In this document: positions 45,602-55,334 of the stretch, one piece after another
Layout of the letters: each line of letters begins with the position of its first letter
How positions within the stretch are numbered: position 1 is the stretch's first letter
Assembly (NCBI GenBank): GCA_023267275.1
Contig: JAHFNO010000005.1
Coordinates: 9,462 to 73,461 of the forward strand
Origin: Candidatus Nomurabacteria bacterium
GTDB taxonomy: Bacteria > Patescibacteriota > Minisyncoccia > Phycocordibacterales > UBA9973
Reading direction: 5' to 3'
Length of the DNA: 64,000 bases
Translations under genes and position numbers: made by a program
Notes under the pieces: model-generated
The model's input: the letters and a program-made list of their open reading frames with translations, nothing else
The model's database searches: none
Told to the model about the DNA's origin: nothing

Positions 45602-46297
45602 ATGAAATCAAAAGGAAAACTCATCGTTGTCGATGGTACCGACGGCTCAGGAAAGGCGACGCAGGTAGCTCTACTTGCAAGTCGCTTGAAAAAAGAAGGA
45701 CACACGGTAAAGACCGTGGATTTTCCTGAATACGAACGCAATTTTTTCGGCAAATTTATTGGCGAGTGTCTTACCGACGAGAAATATAATTTTAAAGATA
45801 CCCATCCAAAAATTATTTCCGCACTCTATGCCGCTGATCGATGGGAATCAAAACAAGAAATAAGTGATTGGCTTGAAAAAGGATATATCGTCATTGCCAA
45901 TCGATATGTTTCCGCAAATCAGATTCACCAAGGCGGAAAAGTTCATTCGGAAAAAGAACGAAAAGATTTTCTTTCTTGGCTCGACACAATGGAATATTCC
46001 GTATTCAAGATTCCTCGACCGAGTGTGGTGATATATCTCAGTCTTCCAATCTCAATTGTGAACAAACTCATCGCCGTACGCGATAGTAAACAAGACCGTG
46101 CATACAAAGGAAAGAAGAAAGATGTGCACGAGAGCGATCCGAAGCATCTCGAAGATGCACGCAAGAGTGCGCTCAAACTTGTGAAAGAATTGAACAACTT
46201 TGTACAGATAGATTGTGCTCCAAAGAAAGAAATGCTTTCGCGTGAAGAAATTCACGAACACGTTTATTCTGCAGTTAAGAAAATTGTAAAAAAATGA
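45602..46297 (+). CDS. tmk: Thymidylate kinase
   Basis: DGTDGSGKATQ, LYAADR, NRYVSAN. Confidence 0.92.
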   Translation: MKSKGKLIVVDGTDGSGKATQVALLASRLKKEGHTVKTVDFPEYERNFFGKFIGECLTDEKYNFKDTHPKIISALYAADRWESKQEISDWLEKGYIVIANRYVSANQIHQGGKVHSEKERKDFLSWLDTMEYSVFKIPRPSVVIYLSLPISIVNKLIAVRDSKQDRAYKGKKKDVHESDPKHLEDARKSALKLVKELNNFVQIDCAPKKEMLSREEIHEHVYSAVKKIVKK

Positions 46298-46875
46298 TTG
46301 ATGTTGAAATCAAAGGTCCCGTTGCAAAAAAAGAATATGAAAAATTAAAAAAGACTCTCGAGACGGCGGGAGAGAATATTTTTATCGAGGAGCAAGTAAT
46401 TGTTTCGTACACTGACCGCGGATTCAACAATCGCGCTGTTCGTCTTGAACACAAGAATGACAAAGTAGTGCTATTTGTTGAGACAGGGAAGATTGGCGAG
46501 CGTAAAGAAATTGTTGTTCCACTCGCGCGAGAATCTTTTTCTGCCGGTATTGCCATGCTCGCCGAGCTTGGGTATAAGAAGGCGACGGTTTCAAACCAGG
46601 AAGTTTTTTCTGCTGAATACGGCGGAGCACTTTTTTCACTCTTCGATCCAGATGAAGAAACATTTTATTACGAAGCATCAATTTCTGCAGGAAGCCCCGA
46701 TCAGGTAAAAGAGGCAAAGAAAAAATTGGAAAAGCTCGCACGCAATTTTAAACTTCCTATGTGGAGCCCGCTCGACATGCTCGAATTCAATCGAAAATTA
46801 AGCGAAAAAATGAATTTCAAGTATGATTATGATGTGGATGGTGCAGAGTATTTTAGGAACAGATTTATGATATAA
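46294..46875 (+). CDS. CYTH-like domain protein
   Basis: N-terminal DVEIK, VRL, LAELGY. Confidence 0.6.
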   Translation: MIDVEIKGPVAKKEYEKLKKTLETAGENIFIEEQVIVSYTDRGFNNRAVRLEHKNDKVVLFVETGKIGERKEIVVPLARESFSAGIAMLAELGYKKATVSNQEVFSAEYGGALFSLFDPDEETFYYEASISAGSPDQVKEAKKKLEKLARNFKLPMWSPLDMLEFNRKLSEKMNFKYDYDVDGAEYFRNRFMI

Positions 46876-46946
46876 GATTTAAGAATCAAGAAAATATGTG
46901 TATAGCACTTTACGACAGCTGTCGTAAAGTGCTATACGAAAAATGC

Positions 46947-47369
46947 ATGAAAATCAAAGTTAAAAAATTGAAAGATGGTGCAAAATTGCCCAAGTATCAC
47001 ATGCCAGGGGATGTGGGTATGGATATGTATGCAATGGAGACCGTGACTATTCCACCGATGGGACACGTACGTTTGTGGCATGGCTTCGCACTTGAATTCG
47101 ATGCTGGTTTTGCGGCTATTGTGAAAGACAAATCAAGTATCTCGAAGGCAGGATTGCATACAATGGGAGGAGTTTTTGATGCCGGGTATCGAGGTGAATA
47201 CAATACACATCTCGTAAATCTGGGAAGCGAGCCATATACCGTAGAAGCTGGAGATAAGGTGGCTCAGCTTATTATCTACCCAGTCGTCATTGCAGATCTT
47301 GAAGAAACTGATACATTGAGTGAGTCGGAGCGAGGAGACAAAGGCTTCGGCTCGACAGGAAAGAAATAA
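46947..47369 (+). CDS. dut: dUTP diphosphatase
   Basis: GMD, KSS, GVFDAGYRGE, RGDKGFGSTG. Confidence 0.96.
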   Translation: MKIKVKKLKDGAKLPKYHMPGDVGMDMYAMETVTIPPMGHVRLWHGFALEFDAGFAAIVKDKSSISKAGLHTMGGVFDAGYRGEYNTHLVNLGSEPYTVEAGDKVAQLIIYPVVIADLEETDTLSESERGDKGFGSTGKK

Positions 47370-47373
47370 CATT

Positions 47374-47447
47374 TTGTGTCATCCTGAACTTGTTTCAGGA
47401 TCTAGTATCAAACTCGTGGATGCTGAAATAAATTCAGCATGACACAA
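47374..47447. repeat. REP-like element (family A)
   Basis: gtcatcctgaacttgtttcaggatc...gatgctgaaataaattcagcatgac. Confidence 0.85.
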
Positions 47448-47467
47448 TACGTAATACAAAAATATAA

Positions 47468-49183
47468 ATGAAATCGAAACTCGAAAAAATAATTAAAGAA
47501 TCACTCAAAAATCTTGGCATCGAAGCTGAGACTATTGTGCTTGAACATCCAGCTGAAATCGCCAATGGTGATTATTCTACGAGTGCTGCTTTGTCGCATG
47601 CGAAAGTGATGCAATCAAATCCTCGCGCGCTCGCAGAAAAGATTGTTGCTGAAATTGAAAAAAATAAGCCGGCCGAAATTGAAAAGATTGAAATCGCCGG
47701 ACCCGGATTTATCAACTTCTATCTTTCAAAAGATTTTTTTGCGTCACAAATACAAGCAATCGACTCAAACAACAATTGGGGAAGCAATGCATTATCTGCC
47801 GGCAAAAAAGTGATGGTGGAATACACCGACCCAAATCCATTCAAGCCATTTCATATTGGTCATTTGATGACAAATGCAATCGGCGAATCCGTTGCGCGTA
47901 TTTTTGAATACTCAGGCGCAGAAGTTGTTCGTGCAAACTATCAAGGTGATGTGGGTTTGCATGTGGCAAAGGCTATCTGGGCAATGCTCAAAAATGGAAA
48001 AGGGGATACAACTCTTTCTGTAGAGACACAGGCTGAATATATTGGAAAGTGTTATACCGAAGCATCGGAAGCATACGAAAATGACGAAAATGCAAAAGCA
48101 GAAATCGATGCAATCAATAAAAAAGTATATGAACGCAGTGATAGAGATATAAATGTCATCTATGATTGGGGTAGAGCAGTCACACTCGAAGCCTTTGAAA
48201 CTATTTATAAAACACTCGGTACTAAATTCAATCCAAACTGCTATTTCTTTGAGAGTGTCATGGCGCCAATTGGCAAAAAGATTGTTGAAGAAAATATTGG
48301 CAAAGTATTTACTGAATCCGACGGAGCGATTGTGTTTAAAGCTGAAGAGCTTGATCCGAAATTGCACACTCGCGTATTTATTACCAAGCAAGGATTGCCA
48401 ACATATGAGACTAAAGAGATTGGTCTTACGGTAACAAAGTTTACTCAGGAAAATCCTGATACTTCTATTGTGGTGACAGCTATTGAACAGGGTCCATACA
48501 TGGAAGTAGTACAAAAAGCACTTTCACTTATTCATCCCGAATACGAATCTCGAATGAAGCATGTCACCCACGGCATGATGCGTTTTGCTTCTGGAAAAAT
48601 GAGTTCACGAAAAGGTAATGTCATTACTGGTGAATCGCTTCTCTCTGATGCGTATGCTTTGGTATACGAAAGACTTGCCGAACGCGAACTCAACGACGAA
48701 CAAAAGAAAGTTATCGCACGAGAAATCGGCGTGGCTTCTATCAAGTATGCCATTTTGAAACAAGCACTCGGCGGAAATATTATTTACGATCAAGAAAAAT
48801 CAGTTTCGTTTGAAGGTGATTCCGGTCCATACTTGCAGTACACGGCAGTGCGAGCGCAGTCAGTACTTGAAAAAGCAAAAGCATTTGGACTTTCAACTTT
48901 CAACTTTACACTTTCGACTTCTTTCGAGACTACAGGTCTCGAAAGGTATTTGTACCGATTCCCAGAGGTTGTTGAACATGCACATGAAAAATTGGAACCA
49001 CATCATATTGCGCAATATCTTTTGGAACTTGCCTCGGCATTTAATTCTTTTTACACAATGGGAAAAATTGTTGATGGAAGCGACACAACTTCACCATACA
49101 AACTCGCCCTCACTGAAGCATTTGTAAAAACAATGAAAAATGGTTTGTATTTGCTTGGTATTGAAGTGCCAAACAAGATGTAA
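47468..49183 (+). CDS. argS: Arginine--tRNA ligase
   Basis: GPGFINF, PNPFKPFHIGH, KMSSRKG, GDSGPYLQY. Confidence 0.97.
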   Translation: MKSKLEKIIKESLKNLGIEAETIVLEHPAEIANGDYSTSAALSHAKVMQSNPRALAEKIVAEIEKNKPAEIEKIEIAGPGFINFYLSKDFFASQIQAIDSNNNWGSNALSAGKKVMVEYTDPNPFKPFHIGHLMTNAIGESVARIFEYSGAEVVRANYQGDVGLHVAKAIWAMLKNGKGDTTLSVETQAEYIGKCYTEASEAYENDENAKAEIDAINKKVYERSDRDINVIYDWGRAVTLEAFETIYKTLGTKFNPNCYFFESVMAPIGKKIVEENIGKVFTESDGAIVFKAEELDPKLHTRVFITKQGLPTYETKEIGLTVTKFTQENPDTSIVVTAIEQGPYMEVVQKALSLIHPEYESRMKHVTHGMMRFASGKMSSRKGNVITGESLLSDAYALVYERLAERELNDEQKKVIAREIGVASIKYAILKQALGGNIIYDQEKSVSFEGDSGPYLQYTAVRAQSVLEKAKAFGLSTFNFTLSTSFETTGLERYLYRFPEVVEHAHEKLEPHHIAQYLLELASAFNSFYTMGKIVDGSDTTSPYKLALTEAFVKTMKNGLYLLGIEVPNKM

Positions 49184-49684
49184 CCTAGCAAGGTTACTCT
49201 TGGAGTATAAATTTAGCAAAATCACCTACTGGGTAGCCATCTTGTAGGTTTTTGCTGTTTGGTTTTAGGTTTTAGGAAATACAAAAAACCGGCCTCCATG
49301 GAAGACCGGTTAATAAAATGAAAGGCAAATCACGCACAATGCCGCGGCGCTAATGTGCGATTGGTGATTTACACTTCCGCGCGTACGATACGATGTTTTT
49401 TGCGATAAAAGCAGCCGTTCGCTCCGCCTTTAAGGAATTAAAGCATCTTGCTTAACATATTAATCACTCTCGTTTGAAAGTCAATCCTTGATAAATAAAA
49501 AATGGGTAAATAAAAAACCGGCTCTTTTGGAACCGGTAAGATGCATAAGGTGGGAATAAAAAAGAAGAATTATGGAAACTTAAAAAATGGTTGCTGAGAG
49601 CATCTTTGGTACAAGGATATTCCTTAATTATTCATCCGTCAAACGCTTTACATAAAATGATAATTTAGTATTATAAACGCAGAA

Positions 49685-50050
49685 GCGATGAAGGGGCCCC
49701 GTCCGAGTAATCTGGGCAGGCATCACCCCTTCGCCCGCCTCACTTTGTGAGTCAGGCAAGCTTTGGGAAGAAATGTTTGACGATAACCTTAAACTTATCA
49801 GTCGGGCACGTAGAGCCCTGTAAATAAGGTGATTTGTATTTTTGAATTTTCTTCCCCTCCTTGACGAGGAGGGGATAAAGGGGAGGTGATTTGAATTCAT
49901 AGTCACCCCTCCTCAATCCTCCCCTCAATAAGGGGAGGAAGAATACAAATACAAACACGAAACAAGGTGGTACCACGATTTCTTGTATAAAAAAGAAACC
50001 CGTCCTTGCAACTATGACTTAACTTGTCGTAGTGCGAGGACGGGATTTTT
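49685..50050 (+). promoter_or_regulatory. T-box leader (Ile, ATC specifier) upstream of ileS
   Basis: T-box aaggtggtaccacg at 49964-49977 pairing with cgtcctt; terminator 49999-50050; short stem I gcgatgaagggg...ATC(49722-49724)accccttcgc. Confidence 0.85.
49852..49938. repeat. REP-like element (family B, ccctcc...ggagggg) inside the T-box leader
   Basis: Two C-rich/G-rich hairpins; relatives at about 23720-23758, 32467-32530, 58810-58869. Confidence 0.7.
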
Positions 50051-50270
50051 AATTATTTCACTGGAGAATTTTTGATAATTATTTTATAAAACAAAATAAA
50101 TATCGGAGTTGTTAATACGCAAGCAAGCAAAAATTTATTGTTACCACTTATGTTGAGTGTGTTAACAAAAGGTGCAAGCCATTTAATTTCAATAAATACA
50201 AGTAATAATAAACTGAGTCGCATAAAAATAAGTTTTCTTCACATTATCATAAATAAAGTATTTGTCAAAT

Positions 50271-53200
50271 ATGGAAAACACAGAACAAAAAAAATCAGCA
50301 TCGGCAGAACGTGAAGAAAAAGTTCTTTCTTTTTGGAAGGAGAACAATGTTTTCGAGGAATCGCTCAAGAAAGAATCACCGAAAGGCGAGTTCGTGTTTT
50401 TTGAAGGTCCGCCAACAGCAAACGGAAAACCCGGCATTCACCATCTTGAAGCGCGCGCATTCAAGGATGCAATTCCTCGTTACAAAACCATGCAGGGATT
50501 TCATGTTCGCCGAAAAGGGGGGTGGGATACACACGGACTTCCTGTGGAGCTTCAAGTAGAAAAAGCACTCGGACTCAATTCGAAAAAGGCGATTGAGGAA
50601 TATGGTATTGAAAAATTCAACGAACAGTGTAAAGAATCTGTCTGGCAATATCTTTCCGTTTGGGAAAAATTCACCGACCGTATCGGATATTGGGTGGATC
50701 AAAAAAATCCGTACGTAACCTATCACAACGATTATATTGAATCTGTTTGGAACGTACTCAAAAAAGTAAATGATCAAGGTCTTGTATACAAAGACTATCG
50801 CATTGTGCCGTGGTGCCCGCGTTGTGGAACTGCGCTTTCTTCACACGAGCTTGCTCAGGGATATCAGGACGACCGTGACTTGTCGGTCACGGCCAAGTTT
50901 AAAGTCATAAAGTCGAAAGTCGAAAGTCCGGAAAATACATACATTCTCGCTTGGACTACTACGCCGTGGACACTGCCGGGGAATGTCGCGCTTGCAGTGA
51001 ATAGCAGTATACAGTATGCGGTATACAGTATTCAGTATGAAAATGGAAACAAAGAAAATCTTATTCTTGCAAAAGATCTTGCTGAAAAAGTTCTTGTCGG
51101 ACAAAAATATGAAGTTGTAAAAGAAATATCGGGCGAAGAATTGGTTGGTATTGAATACGAGCCTTTGTATCCATTTCTTTCTAAACTCCTAGAGCCTAAT
51201 AAACTAGCGCCTGCATTTAAGGTATATGCTGCAGATTTTGTAACCACGACAGATGGAACCGGAGTAGTGCACACCGCTGTCATGTATGGAGCTGACGACT
51301 TCGAACTTGGTACAAAGCTCGGTCTTCCAAAAGTTCATACGGTCAATCCGGACGGAACATTCATGTCGAATATGGATTTTTTGTCGAACCGATTTGTAAA
51401 AGACGAAGATGTAGCTGTCGATATCATTAAAGACCTCGCGCATCGCGGACTTTTGTTTAAGAAAGAAAAATACGAACACTCATATCCTCATTGTTGGCGT
51501 TGTAAAACTCCGCTCATTTATTACGCGCGAGATTCTTGGTATATCCGCATGAGTGATGGAAAAATAAAGGAGCAACTCATCGAAGAAAACAAAAAAATAA
51601 ACTGGGAGCCAAATTATATTCGTGACGGTCGCTTTGGTGAATGGCTCAAAGACATCAAAGATTGGGCGATTTCCCGTGAGCGTTATTGGGGAACACCGCT
51701 ACCTATCTGGATGACGGAATCTGGGAAAATCGAAGTACTCGGTTCTCTCGCAGAAATTCGCGCAAAGACAAAAAAGTCTGGCAACACGTATTATGTTGTT
51801 CGACACGGACAAGCCGACCACAACCTCACCGGCATGGCGAGCTCAAGTCCCGATGAACCAGTACATCTCACTGAGCTCGGTAAACAACAAGTTGCAGCTC
51901 AAATTCCAAAGCTCAAAGAGTCTGGTGTTGATTTGATTATTTCTTCACCGTTTATTCGTACGCGCGAAACCGCAGAAATTCTTCGTGATGGAATCGACGG
52001 CGGTATTGAACTCATGTTTGATGAGCGTCTTCGTGAAATGGATATTGGTGTATACAACAAGGGAACATGGCAAAAATATCACGATGATTTTCCAAAGACC
52101 GTAGAAAATTTTGATAAAGCTCCAGAGGGTGGGGAATCGTATCAGACAGTCAAAAACTGGATGATGGATTTTATGCACGATGTGGAAATAAAATATCAAA
52201 ACAAAAAAATTCTTATTGTGACGCACGGTGGCCCCGCATGGCTTTTGATGGCTGGAATACAAGGACTTGATGCCGAACAATCGCTTGAAATGATTCGCGA
52301 TAAAAAAGATTTTCATTATTTCCAGAATGCCGAAGTGCGTGAAGTACCCTATGTTCCATTTCCTCACAACGAACGTTGGGAGCTCGATGTGCATCGTCCA
52401 TATATCGACCAGATACAGCTTGTATCAGAAACTGGCGAACCAATGACACGTGTGAAAGAAGTGATGGATGTCTGGTTTGATTCAGGTGCGATGCCGTTTG
52501 CACAAGATTATTATCCGTTTGAAAACAAGGCACTTGTTGATGGTGCTGGATATCCTGCCGACTTTATTTGTGAAGCTATCGACCAGACTCGAGGATGGTT
52601 TTATACACTGCACGCAGTGGGAGTGTTGATGGGGCGCGGCCTCGCATACAAAAATGTTATTTGTCTTGGACATATTCTCGACAAGGAAGGAAAGAAGATG
52701 AGTAAGTCACTCGGCAACATTGTCGATCCATGGGAGATGATTGAAAAATATGGTGTAGATACACTTCGTCTTTGGATGTATTCGGTCAATCAGCCAGGTG
52801 AATCAAAAAACTTTGACGAAAAAACAGTCGCTGAATTGCACAACAAAGTATTCAATCTTTTGTATAACGTTTTAGCTTTTTATGAATTGTATCGTGACAC
52901 AAATCTCGAATCTCAAATCTTGAATCACGAATCAAGTGGTACAGGATACAAGATACAAGATTCAAGCAACGTTCTCGATCAATGGATTGTTGCGCGACTC
53001 GGACAACTCACTGCAACAATGACGGAAAATCTTGATGCATATAAATTGCTTGAGCCAGTACGTGCACTTCGAGAATTCATCGACGACCTTTCGACATGGT
53101 ATGTACGCCGCAGTCGCGATCGAATGAAGGCTAATCCGCGAAACGCGGACGCCCGATCTAGCGAAGCTGGATTTAGGGATGGTGATGTTGAAGCAAAGCA

Positions 53201-53804
53201 GACACTGTATTTTGTATTGAAAACAATCGCAAAATTGATGGCACCATTTGCACCATTTGCTGCGGAAGATATCTGGCAGAAATTGAAGAGAGAGGGAGAT
53301 GAGGCAAGTGTGCATTATACAAAGTGGCCGCAGGAACAGGTTCTAGGTTCTAGTGGTAAGGTTCTAGAAGAAATGGAAGTGGTCAGAAAAATCGTTACTC
53401 TTGGTATGGAAGCGCGACAGAAAGCTAAAATCCCAGTACGACAACCACTCAACGAGTTGAAAGTTGAAAGTGGAAAGTTGAAAGAAGAATACATTCAAAT
53501 CTTGAAAGATGAATTGAATGTAAAGAGTATTTCCCAAACACCAAACACCAACCAGCAAGAAGCTAGTGTTGTACTCAACACTGAAATTACTCCCGAGCTT
53601 AAGCGCGAAGGAGAATACCGCGAGCTTGTTCGTGCTATTCAAGATATGCGCAAGAAACAAGGACTTACTCCAAGTGATGTAATCAGCCTTACTCTTCCAG
53701 AAAATACAAAGGAAACGATTGTTGGTTTTGAAGACGAATTGAAAAAAACAGTTCTTGCACAAACGATTGCTTTCAGTGGTGAAGAGATACTTGTACAGAA
53801 ATAA
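50271..53804 (+). CDS. ileS: Isoleucine--tRNA ligase type 2 (GIHH motif) with inserted histidine phosphatase domain
   Basis: GPPTANGKPGIHH, GWDTHGLPVE, WTTTPWTLP, DQTRGWFY, KMSKS; internal RHGQ...THGG. Confidence 0.97.
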   Translation: MENTEQKKSASAEREEKVLSFWKENNVFEESLKKESPKGEFVFFEGPPTANGKPGIHHLEARAFKDAIPRYKTMQGFHVRRKGGWDTHGLPVELQVEKALGLNSKKAIEEYGIEKFNEQCKESVWQYLSVWEKFTDRIGYWVDQKNPYVTYHNDYIESVWNVLKKVNDQGLVYKDYRIVPWCPRCGTALSSHELAQGYQDDRDLSVTAKFKVIKSKVESPENTYILAWTTTPWTLPGNVALAVNSSIQYAVYSIQYENGNKENLILAKDLAEKVLVGQKYEVVKEISGEELVGIEYEPLYPFLSKLLEPNKLAPAFKVYAADFVTTTDGTGVVHTAVMYGADDFELGTKLGLPKVHTVNPDGTFMSNMDFLSNRFVKDEDVAVDIIKDLAHRGLLFKKEKYEHSYPHCWRCKTPLIYYARDSWYIRMSDGKIKEQLIEENKKINWEPNYIRDGRFGEWLKDIKDWAISRERYWGTPLPIWMTESGKIEVLGSLAEIRAKTKKSGNTYYVVRHGQADHNLTGMASSSPDEPVHLTELGKQQVAAQIPKLKESGVDLIISSPFIRTRETAEILRDGIDGGIELMFDERLREMDIGVYNKGTWQKYHDDFPKTVENFDKAPEGGESYQTVKNWMMDFMHDVEIKYQNKKILIVTHGGPAWLLMAGIQGLDAEQSLEMIRDKKDFHYFQNAEVREVPYVPFPHNERWELDVHRPYIDQIQLVSETGEPMTRVKEVMDVWFDSGAMPFAQDYYPFENKALVDGAGYPADFICEAIDQTRGWFYTLHAVGVLMGRGLAYKNVICLGHILDKEGKKMSKSLGNIVDPWEMIEKYGVDTLRLWMYSVNQPGESKNFDEKTVAELHNKVFNLLYNVLAFYELYRDTNLESQILNHESSGTGYKIQDSSNVLDQWIVARLGQLTATMTENLDAYKLLEPVRALREFIDDLSTWYVRRSRDRMKANPRNADARSSEAGFRDGDVEAKQTLYFVLKTIAKLMAPFAPFAAEDIWQKLKREGDEASVHYTKWPQEQVLGSSGKVLEEMEVVRKIVTLGMEARQKAKIPVRQPLNELKVESGKLKEEYIQILKDELNVKSISQTPNTNQQEASVVLNTEITPELKREGEYRELVRAIQDMRKKQGLTPSDVISLTLPENTKETIVGFEDELKKTVLAQTIAFSGEEILVQK
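53130..53177 (+). mobile_element. 48-nt in-frame double-hairpin insertion in ileS
   Basis: Paralog of 44094-44141; hairpins tccgcg-aaa-cgcgga and atctagc-gaa-gctggat. Confidence 0.75.
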
Positions 53805-53806
53805 CT

Positions 53807-54430
53807 ATGGAAAAGAAAAAATTGGTTATCTTTGATTTTGATGGAGTACTCGTAAATACGACCGATCTCACTTTTGCTCTTCATAAAAAAGCCAATCCCG
53901 GTTTTACAAAAGAAATTTTTCAGTCATTTGAGGAAGGTAATTTTCATGAAAATTACTGGAAGGCAGTAGAGGAAGGAAGACATGTTCATCCAGAAAGATT
54001 TTTTGAAGATTATGGTGATGGAATCATTCATCTTTCAACACACGATGTAATCAATCATCTCATTACCGATCTTTTCCAAAAATATGAATTGATAGTATGT
54101 TCTTCAATGGAAAGCAGATATATCGACAAGAAGCTTACTAGTGAAAATATTCGAAATAATTTTTCTGAAATTCTCGGGATGGATGTACACCGTAGTAAAG
54201 TTGTAAAAATAAACAAAGCATTACATGAACGCGGTATTTTGCCTACCGATGCTATTTTTATTACTGATACCATTGGTGATATTCGTGAAGGGAGAGAATG
54301 CGGAGTATCGTCAATCGGAGTCACTTGGGGAATGCAAAACAGGACAAAGCTCGAAAGCGAGAATCCATTTGCTGTAGTAGACACCGTACAGGATTTAGAG
54401 CAGGCAATAGAACGATTCTTCCTACATTAA
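53807..54430 (+). CDS. HAD-family hydrolase
   Basis: IFDFDGVL, ITDTIGD, GVTWG. Confidence 0.92.
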   Translation: MEKKKLVIFDFDGVLVNTTDLTFALHKKANPGFTKEIFQSFEEGNFHENYWKAVEEGRHVHPERFFEDYGDGIIHLSTHDVINHLITDLFQKYELIVCSSMESRYIDKKLTSENIRNNFSEILGMDVHRSKVVKINKALHERGILPTDAIFITDTIGDIREGRECGVSSIGVTWGMQNRTKLESENPFAVVDTVQDLEQAIERFFLH

Positions 54431-54450
54431 TTTCTCTCCCTCTTTTTTGT

Positions 54451-54527
54451 GTCATTCCCGGCTAGACCGGGAATCCAGGCTAATAAATATAATGAGAACA
54501 TGGATCCTGAATCAAGTTCAGGATGAC
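54451..54527. repeat. REP-like element (family A)
   Basis: Near copy of 25844-25918. Confidence 0.85.
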
Positions 54528-54611
54528 CCAATACAGAGTTACTTAAGGGGTGGTGCATTTCCTAGAACCTAGAAACTAGAACCTTTCCCTCACTTCCTTT
54601 ATAATGGATAT

Positions 54612-55193
54612 ATGTTTGATAAACATCAACGTATTCGTATAGGGCAGGAGATTATGCGTGACCATTTTGTGCAGATTGGTGACACCACCGAGATTTTTCT
54701 CGGTGCACTAAAAGGCTTTCGACGCGACCTCGCTCTTTCTTCAAAGGCAACATTCGGAAATATTCGCGGAGAATTTATTGAAACCGCCACGATTATTGCT
54801 GTGCCTCCGCTCTCCGACGGAATGAGTCTTTCCAACTTGAGTGCAATGCTCACACTCTGCACGCAGGCTTTTTTTGGGACAATCGCCATCGATATTCCGG
54901 AGACAATGACAGAAGAGGAAAAGAACTATTTTTTGGAAGAGCTTGATGTCACACATACAAATCTTATGGCTGTATCTGAAACTGCAACACAGTTGTATCA
55001 ATCTATAAAAGAAACTGGTTTTGATTTTGATGTATTCAACACTGAAAATATTGAAAACGAACACACGGAATGCAATATTTTGTTCAATCGTGACGCCCTC
55101 AATCTCGCAATGGAAACCGCGCGAGCGCTTGCCGAACGTGCGGTACGACTCGATATTGATTTAATGGAAAGCCGTGAATCACTAGAACAATAG
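54612..55193 (+). CDS. Hypothetical acidic protein
   Basis: 193-aa ORF, TATAAT 6 nt upstream. Confidence 0.7.
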   Translation: MFDKHQRIRIGQEIMRDHFVQIGDTTEIFLGALKGFRRDLALSSKATFGNIRGEFIETATIIAVPPLSDGMSLSNLSAMLTLCTQAFFGTIAIDIPETMTEEEKNYFLEELDVTHTNLMAVSETATQLYQSIKETGFDFDVFNTENIENEHTECNILFNRDALNLAMETARALAERAVRLDIDLMESRESLEQ

Positions 55194-55318
55194 AACACTA
55201 GAACAATAGAACAATAGAACAATAGAACAATAGAACAATAGAACAATAGAACAATAGAACACTAGAACAATAGAACAATAGAACACTAGAACACTAGAAC
55301 AATAGAACACTAGAACAA
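55183..55318 (+). repeat. Tandem octamer repeat (TAGAACAM)17
   Basis: 17 units counted, plus a degenerate 18th (taaaacaa). Confidence 0.95.
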
Positions 55319-55334
55319 TAAAACAAAAAAACAT

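Noticed and set aside
49320-49380. c-di-GMP-I riboswitch (aaaggcaaa start)
   Set aside because: Lacks the GNRA-capped P2 and the GACGCAAAG junction
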